A DNA stretch of 39,034 nt from Candidatus Allobutyricicoccus pentlandensis (lineage in GTDB: Bacteria; Bacillota; Clostridia; Oscillospirales; QAMX01), in the NCBI GenBank assembly GCA_904398645.1, contig CAJFPH010000125.1, forward strand, positions 1 through 39,034, written 5' to 3'. Positions 26,255 to 35,328 of the stretch are shown in pieces. Positions within the stretch are counted from its first letter, which is position 1, and each line of letters starts with the position of its first letter. Under the pieces are notes generated by a model. It was given only the letters and a program-made list of their open reading frames with translations, was not told where the DNA came from and made no database searches. A program made the position numbers and the translations under genes.

Positions 26255-26948
26255 TCTTGCCAAGAACCTGTTCTTTATAGTAGGTTCCATATTTAGAAAA
26301 CGACGTCGGGTAAACCGCAAGCCGGTCCAAAAGTTCACAGAGCCAAAGCGGCACCGCATCTGGAACTTTGACTTCCATCAGATAGGCCGTGGGCGGGAGC
26401 AGGTTAAAACCCGGCTCCCGCGATTCAAGCCGTAGCGCGTCGCTCTGCCATCGGAGGTTGCTGTCAAAAGTGACGCGCACCCCGTCGTCCTCGCGACCGG
26501 TAAACGCGATGCGGTCATAAGAAAGCCTGACCGCTGGCGACGGTTTATAAAATTGAAGAAACCAATCGATTTCATGATGGATTTGTTCTTCGTTGGCGGG
26601 TTTGTACGTCCCTGCCAAATACGCGTAGGCATCCATAAGCGGCATGGCAATGCGGCGTTTATATACAATACCGCGATATTTTTTCTTTAGTTCCACAAAC
26701 GCCATGCTCTCTTGCGTCGTGACGCCATAGGTGCGCAGACGGAGCTTTTCCTTATAAACCGGCTTGTCTAAAGATGCACGGATCAGTCTGTAGTCCTCTG
26801 TATCGTAATAAAGGCTGTTGACCCTTGCCTCAGCGAAGCGGTCCGGTTTCATATAAGTCTCTAGTTGTCCCATAAGGGTTGCATATTGCTCTGTATTTAA
26901 CAGATACTTTATTTCACGGCGCTGAAACACCGTCTGATAATTCTGCAT
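26232..26948 (-). CDS. VTC domain (polyphosphate-polymerase-like, triphosphate tunnel fold) protein
   Basis: 'FQRREIKYLL', 'NSLYYDT.DYRLIRASLDKPVYKEKLRLRTYG', 'FVELKKKYRGIVYKRR', 'LMEVKV' fit bacterial VTC (PF09359-type) proteins. Confidence 0.82.
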   Translation of the reverse strand: MQNYQTVFQRREIKYLLNTEQYATLMGQLETYMKPDRFAEARVNSLYYDTEDYRLIRASLDKPVYKEKLRLRTYGVTTQESMAFVELKKKYRGIVYKRRIAMPLMDAYAYLAGTYKPANEEQIHHEIDWFLQFYKPSPAVRLSYDRIAFTGREDDGVRVTFDSNLRWQSDALRLESREPGFNLLPPTAYLMEVKVPDAVPLWLCELLDRLAVYPTSFSKYGTYYKEQVLGKNGVLVCA

Positions 26949-26987
26949 ATGGATACCTCCTTGCCGTTGTGGCTTTACTATACAGAA

Positions 26988-27032
26988 TTAACGTTAAATT
27001 AAACTGAAAAAATCCTTTCAGCCTTTTTTCAG
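26988..27032. promoter_or_regulatory. Palindromes in the divergent VTC / response-regulator control region
   Basis: A perfect 10-bp palindrome TTAACGTTAA (26988-26997). A perfect 9-bp inverted repeat CTGAAAAAA(27004-27012)/TTTTTTCAG(27024-27032) with a nested CTGAAA/TTTCAG. Confidence 0.4.
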
Positions 27033-27087
27033 GCAGGAGTGCTATTCTGTTTACAAATATGATGTTTTATAAAAAGGTGGGTAATTC

Positions 27088-27768
27088 GTGAACATCCTGA
27101 TTGTGGAAGATGAAAAAAGGCTTGCCGATGTGCTCGTACAGATCATGCGTGAAGCAAAATATCAGGCAGAGGCGGTTTACGACGGACAGGACGGTATTGA
27201 CTATGCGCTCGGTGGGGACTATGATGTTATCATCTTAGATGTCATGCTGCCGAAAAAGGATGGCTTTGCCGTCGTTCGTGCTCTGCGGGAATCCAAACGT
27301 GCGACTCCTGTCCTGATGCTCACCGCACGCAGCGATGTCTCCGACCGGGTCGCCGGCCTTGACTGCGGTGCCGACGACTATCTGACAAAACCGTTTGCAA
27401 CGGAAGAACTCCTGGCGCGTGTACGTGCACTCTCCTGCCGGCAGGGGGAAATTGTCCTGGACGTTCTACAGTACGGGGATTTGGAATTCTCCGTCGATAC
27501 ACATGATCTCAAGTGCAGCGCACGGTCTGTACGGCTCAGTTTGAAGGAATTTGAAGTTTTACGAATTTTAATGTCTGCACCCCGTACAATTGTTTCCAAA
27601 GAAATGCTGATCACAAAAGTATGGGGTTATGATTCCGAAGCTGAGGCAAACAATGTAGAGGCGTACATATCCTTTCTGCGGAGAAAGCTGCATTATTTGG
27701 GATCTCGCGTCTCTATCAACGTCATACGAAAAGTCGGATACCGGCTTGATGAGGATGCGTCATGCTGA
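27088..27768 (+). CDS. OmpR/PhoB-family response regulator
   Basis: Receiver domain 'ILIVEDE...DVIILDVMLPKKDG...LTAR'. Winged-helix C-terminus 'LSLKEFEVLRILM...VEAYISFLRRKL...IRKVGYRL'. GTG start at 27088. Confidence 0.9.
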   Translation: MNILIVEDEKRLADVLVQIMREAKYQAEAVYDGQDGIDYALGGDYDVIILDVMLPKKDGFAVVRALRESKRATPVLMLTARSDVSDRVAGLDCGADDYLTKPFATEELLARVRALSCRQGEIVLDVLQYGDLEFSVDTHDLKCSARSVRLSLKEFEVLRILMSAPRTIVSKEMLITKVWGYDSEAEANNVEAYISFLRRKLHYLGSRVSINVIRKVGYRLDEDASC

Positions 27769-28991
27769 AAAAACTACGCCGCCGGTTTGTAATCGTCGCT
27801 ATGACGCTCATTACTTCGGTTTTATTGCTGGTTTTTTTTGCATTAATTCTTTTCAATTATCAAAGATTCTCTGAGGATACTCAACAGGCATTGGAACGTG
27901 TTCTGCGGCTGCCTCCCGGAGAAAATGTGACTGGACCGGAAATCGGACTGCCTGGTGAGAGAGAGCCCGGGTTCGATGCCTTGGCCTTTAGCGTTTATCT
28001 GGATTCGGACGGCAACGTCCTGGGCGTCAGTAAAGGCGGTGTCTCCGTGTCGGACGAAACACTTGAAACCGCTGTGCAGCTGGCCTTGGCGGCGGAAAAT
28101 CCTACCGGTGTCCTGACCGGCCTGTCACTCCGGTATTTAAAACGCTCGGACAGTATGGGAATCCGAATTGCATTTGCCGACACATCGCGTGAAATGGAAA
28201 ATATGCGTAACCTCGTATTGAGCTCTCTTGCCGTCGGTCTGAGCGGCTGGGCTGCATTTCTCGTGATTACGCTATTCCTATCCCGGCAAATTATACGTCC
28301 CGTCGAACGTGCCTGGGCACAGCAACGCCGTTTCGTTGCAGATGCCTCACATGAGTTGAAAACTCCCCTTACCGTCATTTTGGCAAACGTCGATCTTTTG
28401 CTTCTGCATAAAAACGAGCCTCTGTGTGATCACATACAGTGGCTCGTCAATTCACGGGAAGAGGCCGTAAAAATGAAGGGGCTTGTGGAAGATATGCTTT
28501 TTTTGGCGCGGTCTGATTCCGGGCGGGAACAGCCCGTTTTAGCAGACGTTAACTTCAGCGATATCGTAACCAGCTGCCTGCTTTCTTTCGAGCCTGTCGC
28601 CTTTGAGCATAACGTCGCTCTGGAGTCAGAAGTAGAGCCGGAACTTCATATAAAGGGCGACGGCGTTCAGCTTTACCGCTTAATCGCTATTTTAGCTGAC
28701 AATGCCGTCAAATACGCGGGAGATGGTGGGCGTGTTATGATAACGCTTTCCCTGTCAGGGGGACATCCGCTTTTGCGTGTCCAAAACACCGGAGAAACCA
28801 TACCCAGTGAAGATATACCAAATGTATTCGACCGTTTTTACCGTGCCGACCAATCTCGTAACAGCGATCGAGGGGGCTATGGGCTTGGCCTCTCCATCGC
28901 AAAAGAAATTGCGGAACAACACAGGGCTAAAATTGAGTTAAGCTCCAGCCGCGATCATCTCACGGTTTTTCAAGTTCTCTTTTCAACATAA
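27762..28991 (+). CDS. Sensor histidine kinase (2 TM, HisKA + HATPase_c)
   Basis: H-box 'FVADASHELKTPLTVI', N-box 'LADNAVKYA', G-boxes 'DRFYRADQSR..GGYGLGLSIAKEI'. It overlaps the RR stop by 7 nt. Confidence 0.9.
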   Translation: MLKKLRRRFVIVAMTLITSVLLLVFFALILFNYQRFSEDTQQALERVLRLPPGENVTGPEIGLPGEREPGFDALAFSVYLDSDGNVLGVSKGGVSVSDETLETAVQLALAAENPTGVLTGLSLRYLKRSDSMGIRIAFADTSREMENMRNLVLSSLAVGLSGWAAFLVITLFLSRQIIRPVERAWAQQRRFVADASHELKTPLTVILANVDLLLLHKNEPLCDHIQWLVNSREEAVKMKGLVEDMLFLARSDSGREQPVLADVNFSDIVTSCLLSFEPVAFEHNVALESEVEPELHIKGDGVQLYRLIAILADNAVKYAGDGGRVMITLSLSGGHPLLRVQNTGETIPSEDIPNVFDRFYRADQSRNSDRGGYGLGLSIAKEIAEQHRAKIELSSSRDHLTVFQVLFST

Positions 28992-29023
28992 CTCATAGTC
29001 TTGCAAAGCGCAGACCACATAAA

Positions 29024-29066
29024 AATAAAGATGGGCGAGAATAAAAAATTCTCGCCCATCTTTATT
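29024..29066. terminator. Very strong hairpin / bidirectional terminator between HK and the second VTC gene
   Basis: A 19-bp perfect stem AATAAAGATGGGCGAGAAT / ATTCTCGCCCATCTTTATT with a 5-nt A loop. The flanks are A/T-rich. Confidence 0.8.
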
Positions 29067-29159
29067 TTCAACGCTTTTGCACGTCGCTCGTACCATTTCT
29101 ACAGCCGCACACTTATAAATCTGTATCCTCAGGAGATTTCCTTTTCCAAGATCCAGCGT

Positions 29160-29807
29160 TTATCTGGCAAGCCCATACCCCACAATGGAACGCAGAGGCT
29201 CCTGAAGCTGGCGGTCATACTTGACTTTTAAAACCAGCGTTCTGGCACTGTCTAGCGGCATTGCAGTAATCTCCGGTTCTAAAAAGCCCTCTGCGCGGTT
29301 GGTCGTACGGATATTGATATCCACGCCAATGCGCACATTACCGATACGTGACTCCAGCGCAATTTTATCATTGTCTATGACGTTCTTCGTTACAAACTCA
29401 TCGACTACGAGCTTCTGATAAAACTCGCGCACCAGCTCGTCCTCGCTCTCGGAAAGCCAGGTAAAATCGCGATTCAAAATAGCTTTGCACTCTTCGACCG
29501 TAATCGGTGTATACGCCGTCATGACCCGTTTTTCAAATGAACTTTCCTTGCAAAGCCGGAGCGTTCCAAGATCATGATTATAATACCTGATAAAAAACTG
29601 GTCGACGCGCTCACCGCGAAGTTTCCGGCTCCGCGAGGCGCGCACACGCTTCCGTCCGAAATACACAGTTCGGACATGATACTTTCCCTTTTCATCCGTA
29701 AACGGCGCGTTTGAAACGTATTCTTTCAGCTTTGCGAGCATCGGAACAAACTCGCCATGCGTTACATAGCGCTTAAACTCGTTTCTTACCGCTGTCACTT
29801 CCATCAC
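29160..29807 (-). CDS. Second, divergent VTC-domain-like protein (orphan paralogue)
   Basis: 'RNEFKRYV' (the E-x-K start of the tunnel fold), 'VRTVYFG', 'QFFIRYYNHDLGTLRLCKES', 'ITVEECKAIL', 'LVLKVKYD' match the Clostridial VTC-like pattern from memory. GGGAGA RBS is present. Confidence 0.65.
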   Translation of the reverse strand: MMEVTAVRNEFKRYVTHGEFVPMLAKLKEYVSNAPFTDEKGKYHVRTVYFGRKRVRASRSRKLRGERVDQFFIRYYNHDLGTLRLCKESSFEKRVMTAYTPITVEECKAILNRDFTWLSESEDELVREFYQKLVVDEFVTKNVIDNDKIALESRIGNVRIGVDINIRTTNRAEGFLEPEITAMPLDSARTLVLKVKYDRQLQEPLRSIVGYGLAR

Positions 29808-30050
29808 ATCTTTTCTCCCAAAAATGTCTTTTTATTTTATTATACTACGCAACCGACACATGCCGCTATATTGAAAAGTTATGAATACGTCCTTCTTTTT
29901 CGATATGTTTTTATTAAAAAACGGCAAAATCAACAAAACGGAGTCAATGCTTTAATACATATTTTACAATTTACCAAATTTCGTCATCCCATTTGGGAAA
30001 TAATCCGCATGTTATTATTCACCAGTTTATAGAGACATTAATCATGGCAT

Positions 30051-30092
30051 TCTAAAAAATAAATCCCACACCAGATAGGGATCTCGTGCGGG
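30051..30092 (-). terminator. Intrinsic terminator after the recG-GNAT pair
   Basis: On the minus-strand RNA: CCCGCAC GAGAU cccu AUCU GUGUGGG, followed by AUUUAUUUUUU. Confidence 0.7.
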
Positions 30093-30105
30093 AGCTGACA
30101 CTGTT

Positions 30106-30603
30106 TTATTCGGCAAGCTTTTTCAAATCTTCGTCCGTTACGCGATATGTTGTCCACTCATCAAGAGGTTTTGCGCCCAATGATTTATAAAACTTGATCG
30201 AATTCACATTCCAGTTCAGGCAGACCCATTCAAACCGGCGGCAATTTCTCGCAACGGCTATACGTGCTACCGTTTTAATCATGGCAAGGCCAATTCCCCT
30301 TCCGCGATACTCCGGTTTCACATAGAGGTCTTCCAGATACATTCCCGCTCGGCCCAAGAAGCTTGAAAAATTCATAAAGTAAATCGCATATCCGACGGCC
30401 TTACCTTCAAATATGGCAAGAAACGCCTCCGCGCTATGCTTTATAAGCAGAGATTCTTCCAGCACATCCTCTGCTACATCAAAAATATCCTCCAGATGCT
30501 CATACTCTGCAAGTTCATACAGCAAGCCGCGCAACGTGGAGAGGTCTTCCTTCTCCACGGGCTTCAAGGTCAAACCGGCAACATTTGTTTTCAGATCTTC
30601 CAT
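30106..30603 (-). CDS. GNAT N-acetyltransferase, diamine (spermidine/spermine) acetyltransferase-like
   Basis: 'LEDLYVKPEYRGRGIGLAMIK...RFEWVCLNWNVNSIKFYKSLGA' parallels SSAT-type GNATs. ATG 30603 (MEDLKTN) lies 4 nt after the recG stop. The track ORF is N-terminally over-extended. Confidence 0.82.
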   Translation of the reverse strand: MEDLKTNVAGLTLKPVEKEDLSTLRGLLYELAEYEHLEDIFDVAEDVLEESLLIKHSAEAFLAIFEGKAVGYAIYFMNFSSFLGRAGMYLEDLYVKPEYRGRGIGLAMIKTVARIAVARNCRRFEWVCLNWNVNSIKFYKSLGAKPLDEWTTYRVTDEDLKKLAE

Positions 30604-30607
30604 ATCT

Positions 30608-32638
30608 TTACGTCCTTTCTTTTTGAAACAATTGACTAATCTGATTGCGCAAAACGGTATTCTCCGGCGCGGAAAGCTGTGGGTCTTGCGCCAAAAGAGC
30701 AAGTGCGGCATCATGCGCGCTTGCAAGCAACGTCATATCGGCGCCAAGATCCGCAATTTTTAATCCCGGGACGCCGGACTGTCTTTGCCCAAAGAATTCG
30801 CCTGGTCCACGAATGCGCAGATCCTCACGAGCAATTTCAAAGCCGTCATTTGTCCGGCACATAGTTTCCAATCGTTCTCGTGTCATTTGTGAGGCAGAGC
30901 GCGTGAGCAGCACACAATACGATTTTTTATCAGAACGTCCCACGCGTCCGCGCAACTGATGCAATTGAGAAAGACCAAAGCGCTCGGCATTTTCAATTAC
31001 CATCATGTTGGCATTCGGAACATTCACGCCTACCTCAATCACTGTCGTCGCAACAAGCACCTGAACATTGCCGGCCACAAAGGCCTCCATCACTTCGTCT
31101 TTTTCGCGGGCGGACATTCTCCCGTGCAAAAGCTCTACGCGGTATCCGCCGAAATATCTTTGCCGCAGCTCGTCCGCGAATACCGCGGCGGCCTTCAAAT
31201 CCTCATTTTCCGTTTCCTCAATCACAGGGCAGACAATATACGCCTGCCTGCCGCGGTCAAGCTGACGGCGCATAAAGCCATATACCGCATCCCGGTACTC
31301 CTCCGACGGCGCGCGCGTATCAACCGGAATACGTCCCGGAGGCAGTTCATCAATCACAGAGAGATCCATGTCGCCGTATAACACCATCGCTAATGTACGC
31401 GGAATTGGGGTCGCGCTCATGACAAGCATATGCGGCGGAATCTCCGCCTTTTCGCGCAAACGTGCACGCTGCCTCACGCCAAAGCGGTGCTGCTCGTCCG
31501 TCACCACAAGCCGCAGCCGCGAAAACGTTACGCCCTCAGAAAGCAACGCGTGCGTACCGATCACAAAGTCAATCTCTCCGGATACCAGCCGTTCACGCGT
31601 CTGCCGGCGTTCTATAAGCGGCATTCCCGCCGTCAAAAGTCCTACACGGACGCCGAGCGGTTGCAAAAGCGCCGAAAGGTCCAAATAGTGTTGGCGTGCC
31701 AAAATCTCTGTCGGCGCCATCATGGCCGATTGCGCGCCGCCTTGGGTAGCAGCATAGGCAAGCGCAGCCGCCACCACCGTCTTACCGGAGCCAACGTCAC
31801 CCTGTACCAGGCGGCGCATAGCAATGCCGGCCGGCGACGTCATATCGGAAAGAGCCTCATCAATAGCACGATGCTGCGCATGCGTCAGTGCAAACGGGAG
31901 CGCCTGATAAAAAGGCTCCATGCTGGGCAGGGGCAACGTCTCTCCCGCTTCTCCGCGATCCGTCTTCAGCATGGCAAGACCCAGGGAAAGCGTAAAAAGC
32001 TCCTCAAATGCAAAACGTTTTCGCGCAGCTGTAAGCATTTCCACACTCTGCGGCGCGTGGATTTGCCGGTAGGCCTCATGGAGAGCCATCAGTGAGTATT
32101 TCTCAATAACCGCGGCCGGGAGCGTCTCCGGTATTTCATTTACATACGCCAGAGCATGCTCTACCATGCGGATCACGGCAGAGTTCGGGAGGCCCTCCGT
32201 CAGACGATAAACCGGTAGAATGCGTCCTGTCTTCAAATGGCTGTCCGGACGTTCCATAACGGGGTTTGTCAAAAAAAAGCGCCTGCCCATACGCTCGGCC
32301 TTTCCATAAAAGCGATACGTTTCCCCCTGCGAGGCGCTGAAATATTTTGCATTGAAAAAGGTCACCTGCAAAGATCCGGTATCGTCCGAAATGGTAAACT
32401 TGGAAATAGGCCGGCCGCCGCTCCCCCGGTACGACATGACAGGACTTGTAATTTCTGCACATACGCAGACGCTCTCACCCTCCGTCACTTCATTGATCGG
32501 AACCGTTCGGGTTCGATCCTCATAGGCTCGTGGAAAGTGACGCAGGAGATCGCCGACCGTTTCAATATGCAGCCGCTTCAAAAGTTTGGCGCGGGCCTCG
32601 CCCACGCCTTTTACGTATTGTACGCTACGGTCTATCAT
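30608..32638 (-). CDS. recG: ATP-dependent DNA helicase RecG
   Basis: Wedge-domain N-terminus 'VQYVKGVGEARAKLLKRLHIETVGDLL', Walker A 'GDVGSGKTVVA', 'DEQHRFG', 'QLHQLRGRVGR'. Confidence 0.93.
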   Translation of the reverse strand: MIDRSVQYVKGVGEARAKLLKRLHIETVGDLLRHFPRAYEDRTRTVPINEVTEGESVCVCAEITSPVMSYRGSGGRPISKFTISDDTGSLQVTFFNAKYFSASQGETYRFYGKAERMGRRFFLTNPVMERPDSHLKTGRILPVYRLTEGLPNSAVIRMVEHALAYVNEIPETLPAAVIEKYSLMALHEAYRQIHAPQSVEMLTAARKRFAFEELFTLSLGLAMLKTDRGEAGETLPLPSMEPFYQALPFALTHAQHRAIDEALSDMTSPAGIAMRRLVQGDVGSGKTVVAAALAYAATQGGAQSAMMAPTEILARQHYLDLSALLQPLGVRVGLLTAGMPLIERRQTRERLVSGEIDFVIGTHALLSEGVTFSRLRLVVTDEQHRFGVRQRARLREKAEIPPHMLVMSATPIPRTLAMVLYGDMDLSVIDELPPGRIPVDTRAPSEEYRDAVYGFMRRQLDRGRQAYIVCPVIEETENEDLKAAAVFADELRQRYFGGYRVELLHGRMSAREKDEVMEAFVAGNVQVLVATTVIEVGVNVPNANMMVIENAERFGLSQLHQLRGRVGRSDKKSYCVLLTRSASQMTRERLETMCRTNDGFEIAREDLRIRGPGEFFGQRQSGVPGLKIADLGADMTLLASAHDAALALLAQDPQLSAPENTVLRNQISQLFQKERT

Positions 32639-33057
32639 GCATCGTCACCAATTTCCCGTATGTCCGCCGCTTTTATAATACGCCGGATCTCCCGATCTAC
32701 AGACGGCGTAATTTTTTTTCGAAAAAGCGATAACGACAACGGTGCGAAAGGGCGCTCTCTGGTAAACTCATTGAGTCCTACAAAATACTGCATATAGGGG
32801 TTCTCCTGTATCTGCCGAACCGTTTCCGCGTCGGAGCACTTCAAATGGTCGCCAATCATCATCGCACCCAGCATCATCCGCAGAGGCTTCGCCGGCGCTC
32901 CGCGCGATGAATACAGTTTGGCAGACAAAACTCGTTCCAGTTCTTCCCAAGGCATAGCTCTAGCCCGGACCACCCACCGGTTTTCCGGATCGAGCATATC
33001 CTCCAGGGGATGGATTAATGTGTAAATATCCAATTGCCCGTCGGGAAGCTTATACAT
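32635..33057 (-). mobile_element. IS5-family transposase N-terminal (DUF772/InsH-N) fragment; no DDE domain
   Basis: 'GAPAKPLRMMLGAMMIGDHLKCSDAETVRQIQENPYMQYFVGLNEF...PFAPLSLSLFRKKI' is the typical DUF772 block. The ORF ends after 140 aa in an ATGA overlap with the recG start. I recognised no terminal inverted repeats. Confidence 0.65.
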
Positions 33058-33070
33058 GTCAACCCCTCAG

Positions 33071-33892
33071 TCATTCGTATTTTTCAATATCTACCCACGC
33101 CACACTGCCATCCAGAGGATGACAGAGATACATTCCAGCATTCTGTTTAAATTGCTCCACGCTGTCGCTAACAAAATAACGGCGCGTACCAATACGCCCT
33201 TCCGGAGCTGTCAAGCCATTTTTTTTCAGGGAATCTGCTACTGCTTTCGCGGCCTCCGCCCCCGAACTTATGAGCGCAGCACCAGGTACGCAACGTGAAA
33301 TAGCCTCCGAAAGCAACGGATAGTGCGTACAGCCCAAAATGATCGTGTCGGCGCCCGCCTCGCGTACCGGTGCCAGGTACTCCTCCGTCAAAATGCGTAC
33401 CAAAGGATCTTCCGGGCGGAAACGTCCGTTTTCCACAACGGGGACAAACAGCGGGCATGCCTTTTCTATCACCGTAATTTCCTGCGAGAGCCCTTTCAGA
33501 AAATTTCCGAACACATGACCTGAAATTGTGGCAGGTGTCGCCAGTACCGCAACGCGCCCTACACGCGTCACTTCCACAGCGCGGCGCGACGCGCCTTCGA
33601 CCACACCGAAAACAGGAATAGGCAATTCTTTCTGCAATGTTTCCAGAGCAGCATAGCTTGCCGTCCCACAGGCGATCAGCAATAGCTTCAAGTCAAAGCT
33701 GCAGAGAAACCTGGCGTCCTGCCGCGCATACTTGACAATTGTCTCACGGCTGCGCGTACCATACGGCACACGTCCCGTATCTCCAAAATAAACAATATCT
33801 TCATGCGGCAGCAGCGCCGACAGTTCACGCATGGCGGTCAGGCCGCCAATCCCGGAGTCAAATACGCCGATGGCGCGGTTATCCTCCCCCAT
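33071..33892 (-). CDS. murI: Glutamate racemase
   Basis: 'IGVFDSGIGGLT', 'IACGTAS', 'ILGCTHYPLL'. Confidence 0.92.
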   Translation of the reverse strand: MGEDNRAIGVFDSGIGGLTAMRELSALLPHEDIVYFGDTGRVPYGTRSRETIVKYARQDARFLCSFDLKLLLIACGTASYAALETLQKELPIPVFGVVEGASRRAVEVTRVGRVAVLATPATISGHVFGNFLKGLSQEITVIEKACPLFVPVVENGRFRPEDPLVRILTEEYLAPVREAGADTIILGCTHYPLLSEAISRCVPGAALISSGAEAAKAVADSLKKNGLTAPEGRIGTRRYFVSDSVEQFKQNAGMYLCHPLDGSVAWVDIEKYE

Positions 33893-33895
33893 GGC

Positions 33896-34954
33896 TCACC
33901 TATGAAACGCAAGCGTCACAAGACGGTCAATCAGCTCCGAATAGGAAATACCGGAAGCCTCGAAAAGTTGCGGATACATACTAATACTCGTAAAACCCGG
34001 AATGGCATTGAGTTCGTTAAACACAACAGCCCCATCCGTACGAAGGAAAAAGTCTACGCGCGCAAGACCGAAGCATCCCATGGATCGGAATATGCGTTCG
34101 GCAACACGACGCACACAGTCAGAAGCCTCCTGTGGGATACGCGCCGGAATAAAAAGCCGGGACTCCTCATCATCATATTTAGCAGAATAGGTATAGAACT
34201 CCTGCGCGGGTGCAATCTCCCCGACGCACGACGTCAGCACCTCGCCGTCCGCATCGCCCAGCACGGCCACTTCAATTTCCTGCCCAACGACACATTCCTC
34301 TAACACCAGTTTACGGTCAAAGCAAAGCGCCTCTTCTATGTATTGCTTTACATCTGCCACGGTTTTAGCTTTACCAACGCCAATAGAGGACCCCGCGCGA
34401 GCCGGTTTGACAAACAACGGGAGTCCCAACGTTTCAGCGGCATCTGCCGCAATGCCATCCGGATCCCTCTCAAATTTTCTCTGATGCAAAACAAGATACT
34501 TTGCCTGGTTAATCTGCTCGCGTTCGGCAAACATCTTGGTTATGACTTTATCCATGGTATTCGCCGCAGCCGCCACGCCGCACCCGACGTATGGGATACC
34601 CGCCAGTTCCAAAAGGCCCTGAATGGTCCCATCCTCGCCGTTTTTGCCATGCAAAACGGCAAACACCACGTCAACACGCTCCGTATGACCATCCTCATAA
34701 ATGAGGCCGTGAACAGCAGTGTCCGGTGAAATGCAGCAGGCTACGTTTTCCGCATGCTGTTCCCATGCGCCGCTTCTAATTGCAGCGGGATCCCCGCCGC
34801 GATACCGCAGCCAACGTCCGTCGCGCGTAATGCCGACCGTTATCATTTCATATTTTTCTGAGTTAATATGGTCAAGTACCGATTCCGTAGACCGGCAGCT
34901 TACTTCATGTTCCGTTGACGCGCCCCCGAAAAGGACACAAAGTTTATATCGCAT
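33896..34954 (-). CDS. ddl: D-alanine--D-alanine ligase
   Basis: 'VLFGGASTEHEVSCRS', 'HGKNGEDGTIQGLLELAGIPYVG', 'EVAVLG', 'ELNAIPGFTSISMYPQL'. Start is ATG 34954 with GGAGG upstream. The track ORF starts at 34990. Confidence 0.92.
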   Translation of the reverse strand: MRYKLCVLFGGASTEHEVSCRSTESVLDHINSEKYEMITVGITRDGRWLRYRGGDPAAIRSGAWEQHAENVACCISPDTAVHGLIYEDGHTERVDVVFAVLHGKNGEDGTIQGLLELAGIPYVGCGVAAAANTMDKVITKMFAEREQINQAKYLVLHQRKFERDPDGIAADAAETLGLPLFVKPARAGSSIGVGKAKTVADVKQYIEEALCFDRKLVLEECVVGQEIEVAVLGDADGEVLTSCVGEIAPAQEFYTYSAKYDDEESRLFIPARIPQEASDCVRRVAERIFRSMGCFGLARVDFFLRTDGAVVFNELNAIPGFTSISMYPQLFEASGISYSELIDRLVTLAFHR

Positions 34955-35328
34955 TTCAGGCAACCTCCAAAAGACCGCCGGGCATACCACCCGGACGCTT
35001 ATAAAGATACAGTATTATAATACCACTGCAGCCCCAAAAATGCAAACGAAAAGAAAATGTACATGCCCTGACGGCAACTATTTTCTCGTATATGCCCATT
35101 CCGGCAGCAAACGACGCTTTATCAGATCTTTCGTTTCAGCACCTCCACGGCATCTATCATACAACGTTGGCTTTCAGACAGGCCGCTTTTATATACTAAC
35201 TGCATAATGGAAGAAAAAACTGCGTCCCTAAAATCTGTGTGCCCACAATAAAGGTGTGAAACGGAAAGATACGAAAATAACGCACGGTAACATTGTCATA
35301 AAGCGCATCTCCGTTTCCAAACATATTC

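Noticed and set aside
26255-26359. Upstream extension of the 80-aa track ORF (MRCRFGSVNFW... / MEPTIKNRF...)
   Set aside because: It lies inside the VTC coding region in another frame. Similarity to the DUF4956 family starts only at MGCSSVLDTIL (ATG 26254).
29757-30032. 91-aa plus-strand ORF in the AT-rich region upstream of the second VTC gene
   Set aside because: It overlaps the VTC gene start on the opposite strand, has no RBS and has an implausible composition. The AT-rich stretch is more likely promoter or spacer DNA.
31430-32095. 221-aa plus-strand ORF inside recG, and similar plus-strand ORFs inside the addA, addB and A2M-like genes
   Set aside because: These are Arg-rich antisense shadow ORFs within strongly supported minus-strand genes.
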